Assembly (NCBI GenBank): GCA_025057335.1
Contig: JANWXG010000003.1
Location: 1 to 35,931, forward strand
Origin: a bacterium
GTDB taxonomy: Bacteria; Armatimonadota; HRBIN16
DNA length: 35,931 nt
Direction of reading: 5' to 3'
Numbering within the stretch: the stretch's first letter is position 1; every line of letters begins with the position of its first letter. This document shows positions 33,219 through 35,931 of the stretch, piece by piece. The notes under the pieces were generated by a model. The model saw nothing but the letters and a program-made list of their open reading frames with translations, did no database searches and had not been told where the DNA came from. The position numbers and the translations under genes were made by a program.

Positions 33219-34280
33219 TCACCTGTTCGCCTGTATCTGCACCAGCTCGCCTGTTTCCGCAGAGCGGTAGATGGCATCTAGGATGCGCATGATGGTAACG
33301 CCGTGCTCAATGGGCGCGATAGAGGGCTTGCGCTTGATGATGCAGTCCACGAAGTGCTCGATCTCCGCCAGGTGCCCTGGGATGTTCGGGGCGTGCGGGT
33401 GGAAGTCCTCGGGCACGCCGTGCCGGTCGGTGAAGATGCGCAGGGGGTCTAGCGTCGCGCCGCCCTTGGTTCCCATCAGCTGCGCGTAGAACACGTCATG
33501 CTCGATATACGATGCCCATGAGGCATCCAGATGGCACACCGCGCCGTTGCAGAAGCGGATGAGACCTGTGGCGAGGTCCTCCACATCGAATGTGCCTCCC
33601 TTCTGTGGCGTGCCCCATCCTCCTTTACCGCGCCCGTATGGACCGAACTTGGCGAAGGTCGCTCCGAACACCGCCTCCGGCTCGGGACAACCCATTAGCC
33701 ACCAGGTCAAGTCGAGCACATGCACACCGATATCGATGAGCGGTCCGCCTCCTGAGAGCGCTTTCGTAGTGAACCAGCCCCCAAATCCGGGGATGCCGTT
33801 GCGGCGCAGCCAACCGCATTTGGCGTAATAAATCTCACCCAGGTCGCCTGCCTCGATGTGTCGCTTCAGGGTCTGGCTGTCGCCGCGAAAGCGGTTGTTC
33901 ATCCCCATCATGAACAGCACACCCGTCTTCTGGGCGACCTGCAGCATCCGTTCGGCGTCCTGCAGGGTGTGCGCCAAAGGCTTCTCGCACAGGATGTGGC
34001 AGCCCGCCTCCATCGCGGCAATCGCTACGGGTGCGTGGAGCGCGTTGGGCGTGCACACCGAGACCGCGTTCAGCTCTACCTTCTCCAACATCTCTTGATA
34101 ATCGGTAAACACTTGAGGCACCCCATATTCCTGCGCCACCTGTTGCGCCCGTTCCTCATCGATATCGCACACCGCCACCACTTCTGCCTGCGGATGGCGC
34201 TGATAACCCTGGATATGCAAGCTGCCGATACCGACACCCACTACGCCGACCCGTACCTTTTTTCTGCCGAATGTTGGCAT
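33219..34280 (-). CDS. Gfo/Idh/MocA-family NAD(P)-dependent oxidoreductase
   Basis: N-terminal Rossmann VRVGVVGVGIGSLH, the EKP motif (ILCEKPLA) and a C-terminal alpha/beta domain. ATG at 34280 is 7 nt after GAGGAG. The track start at 34502 adds a 74-aa Arg/Leu/Pro-rich extension that is not credible. Confidence 0.85.
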   Translation of the reverse strand: MPTFGRKKVRVGVVGVGIGSLHIQGYQRHPQAEVVAVCDIDEERAQQVAQEYGVPQVFTDYQEMLEKVELNAVSVCTPNALHAPVAIAAMEAGCHILCEKPLAHTLQDAERMLQVAQKTGVLFMMGMNNRFRGDSQTLKRHIEAGDLGEIYYAKCGWLRRNGIPGFGGWFTTKALSGGGPLIDIGVHVLDLTWWLMGCPEPEAVFGATFAKFGPYGRGKGGWGTPQKGGTFDVEDLATGLIRFCNGAVCHLDASWASYIEHDVFYAQLMGTKGGATLDPLRIFTDRHGVPEDFHPHAPNIPGHLAEIEHFVDCIIKRKPSIAPIEHGVTIMRILDAIYRSAETGELVQIQANR

Positions 34281-34455
34281 CAGTGTGCTCCTCGCTGTGT
34301 GGGATGATGTGGTTTCGAGGATTCTTTTTTTGCGAAGCGAGGGTAGGACTCCTGCAGGCACGAGAGTGCCACAGTGTATCGCGACCGGCAGACGCAACCT
34401 CAGCCGAGGGTGTGGTACAATAAGCCTGTGTGAGTGCAAGGGAAGGAGGGAGCCC

Positions 34456-35584
34456 GTGTTAGAGGTTCTGAGCCGCGATCTGCAGGCGTATCGCGAGCGC
34501 ATTGATGCGTTGGGCGAGCATCTTTGACGTGCCCCGTGTGCGCGAGGAGATGGCCCGCCTCGAGCAGCAGACCACCCAACCCGACTTCTGGGACGACCCG
34601 CGTGAGGCGCAGCAGAAGATACAACAGTTGAACGCGCTGCGTCAGCGCATCGCAGGCTGGGAGGAGCTGGAACAGCAGTGGCAGGAGCTACACACGCTGG
34701 CGCAGCTGCTGCAGGAAGAGGAAGACCCTGAGCTCATGCAGGAGCTGGAGCAGGGAGTGCAGACGCTGGCGCGGCGGCTGGAGCAGTTGGAGATGGAGAC
34801 CCTGCTCAGCGGCGAGCATGACGCCAACAACGCCATTCTGGAAATCAACGCGGGCGCGGGGGGAACCGAATCCTGCGATTGGGTGCAGATGCTGCTGCGC
34901 ATGTACCTGCGCTGGGCACAGGAACACGGCTTCCGCACGGAGATACTGGATGAAAACCCAGGTGAGGTGGCGGGGCTGAAAAGCGTCACGGTGCGAGTGG
35001 AGGGACGTAACGCCTATGGCTTGCTGGAGTCGGAGCGCGGCGTGCATCGGCTAGTGCGCATCTCGCCTTTTGACGCCAACAAGCGCCGACACACCTCCTT
35101 TGCCTCAGTAGACGTGATTCCGGAACTTTCGGAGAGCGAAGAGATTCAAATCAACCCGGACGACCTGCGCATCGAGACCTTCCGCGCGGGCAGCGCGGGC
35201 GGTCAGCACATGCAGAAGAACGAAACGGCGGTGCGCATCACGCACCTCCCGACAGGCATCGTGGTGACCTGTCAGAACGAACGTTCCCAACAGCGTAACC
35301 GCGAGATGGCAATGCGAGTCTTAATGGCACGGCTAGCGGAGCGGGAGCGGCGCGCTAACGCCGAGCGTATCGCTGCCCTGCGCGGGGAGCCTCCCCCGAT
35401 TGAGTGGGGGCACCAGATACGCTCTTACGTGTTTCAACCGTATTACTTAGTGAAGGACCACCGCACCGAAGCGGAGACGGGGGATGTGCCTCGGGTGATG
35501 GATGGCGACATTGACCTGTTCATCCACGCCTACTTGCGATGGAGGGGGGCACGCAAAAATGAACACGAAAGGTCGAGCAGCTAA
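34456..35584 (+). CDS. prfB: Peptide chain release factor 2, expressed via a programmed +1 frameshift (join 34456..34524, 34526..35584)
   Basis: GTG at 34456 is 6 nt after AGGAGG. ORF0 (VLEVLSRDLQAYRERIDALGEHL) ends at the in-frame TGA within CTT TGA C. The +1 frame continues DVPRVREEMARLEQQTTQPDFWDDP... and carries the SPF and GGQ motifs. Confidence 0.92.
34522..34528 (+). other. RF2 autoregulatory +1 frameshift site CTT TGA C
   Basis: Exact CTTTGAC heptamer. A degenerate SD-like GGGCGAG lies 3 nt upstream, the same geometry as E. coli AGGGGG-TAT-CTTTGAC. Confidence 0.85.
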
Positions 35585-35931
35585 AGGGCTCTTGTGGACA
35601 GTGGTTCTGCTGCTGGTAACCAGCGTTGCCGTGTGGGCACAGGAGCTGAGCACGAAGAACGTGCGTACCGCGGAGAGCGACCTTGCCAACGTGGTGGTAG
35701 ACGCCCTACGCGACGTCAGCGGAGCGGATATCGCGTGGTTGCCTGCAGCCGCTTTCCACGAGGTGAGCCTGAGCCGCGACACTCCGCCCGCCGAGATGGT
35801 CAACAGGCTCTTGCCCTATCGAGACGACCGTGTGGCGGTGCTGAAGCTCACGGGCGCGCAAATCCTGCAGGCGTTGGAGCGTTCACTCACACTCTATCCG
35901 CAGCCCAACGCGGGTTTCCTGCAGGTCAGTG
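35559..35931 (+). CDS. Secreted protein resembling the 5'-nucleotidase C-terminal domain; 3' end lies outside the window
   Basis: ATG is 9 nt after GGAGGGGGG. Signal peptide LLWTVVLLLVTSVAVWAQE. LANVVVDALRDVSGADIAWLPAAAF resembles the lGNlvaDAmr...aDiA motif of the 5'-nucleotidase C-terminal domain. The frame stays open to the window end. Overlaps the prfB 3' end by 26 nt. Confidence 0.5.
   Translation, partial: MNTKGRAAKGLLWTVVLLLVTSVAVWAQELSTKNVRTAESDLANVVVDALRDVSGADIAWLPAAAFHEVSLSRDTPPAEMVNRLLPYRDDRVAVLKLTGAQILQALERSLTLYPQPNAGFLQVS

Noticed and set aside
34281-34502. 74-aa N-terminal extension of the Gfo/Idh/MocA oxidoreductase
   Set aside because: The extension is an Arg/Leu/Pro-rich sequence overlapping the prfB promoter and start region. 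The ATG at 34280 is followed directly by the Rossmann fold and has a GAGGAG Shine-Dalgarno.
35447-35803. 118-aa minus-strand ORF
   Set aside because: It is antisense to the prfB 3' end and to the signal-peptide-bearing 5'-nucleotidase-like gene.

Overview
GC-rich, gene-dense bacterial chromosomal window. About 40 protein genes, two tRNAs, several near-consensus sigma-70 promoters and several clean rho-independent terminators. Most genes are ordinary housekeeping or envelope functions:
- Leloir genes at two loci: galT with a PaaI thioesterase, and galK with an MDR dehydrogenase.
- An orphan cheB.
- A znuA / methyltransferase / znuC / znuB zinc-uptake operon.
- A monocistronic flagellin gene.
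- hemY, mutY, ygfZ, and prfB with its programmed +1 frameshift.
- An M48 peptidase / GT2 pair next to a convergent methyltransferase + kinase-like fusion.
- A very clear SigH (Spo0H)-type sigma factor.

The pseudopilin-like fragment at the left edge plus the repeat families suggest an Armatimonadota-like or other Terrabacteria lineage. This is inference only.

I see no recognisable defence system, CRISPR array, transposase, integrase or prophage. The unexplained material is in four places:
1. Three non-coding islands of roughly 0.8 kb (1393-2200, 5353-6245, 17906-18755). Two are packed with at least three families of hairpin-forming repeats that generate spurious ORFs.
2. A 38-bp AT-rich perfect palindrome sitting on a consensus promoter, upstream of a small protein that has only a sigma-region-4-type HTH.
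3. A WbdD-like methyltransferase + kinase-like fusion.
4. An orphan two-gene cassette of unknown function (641-1392).

Many long ORFs in the supplied track are antisense or alternate-frame shadows typical of GC-rich DNA and were rejected.
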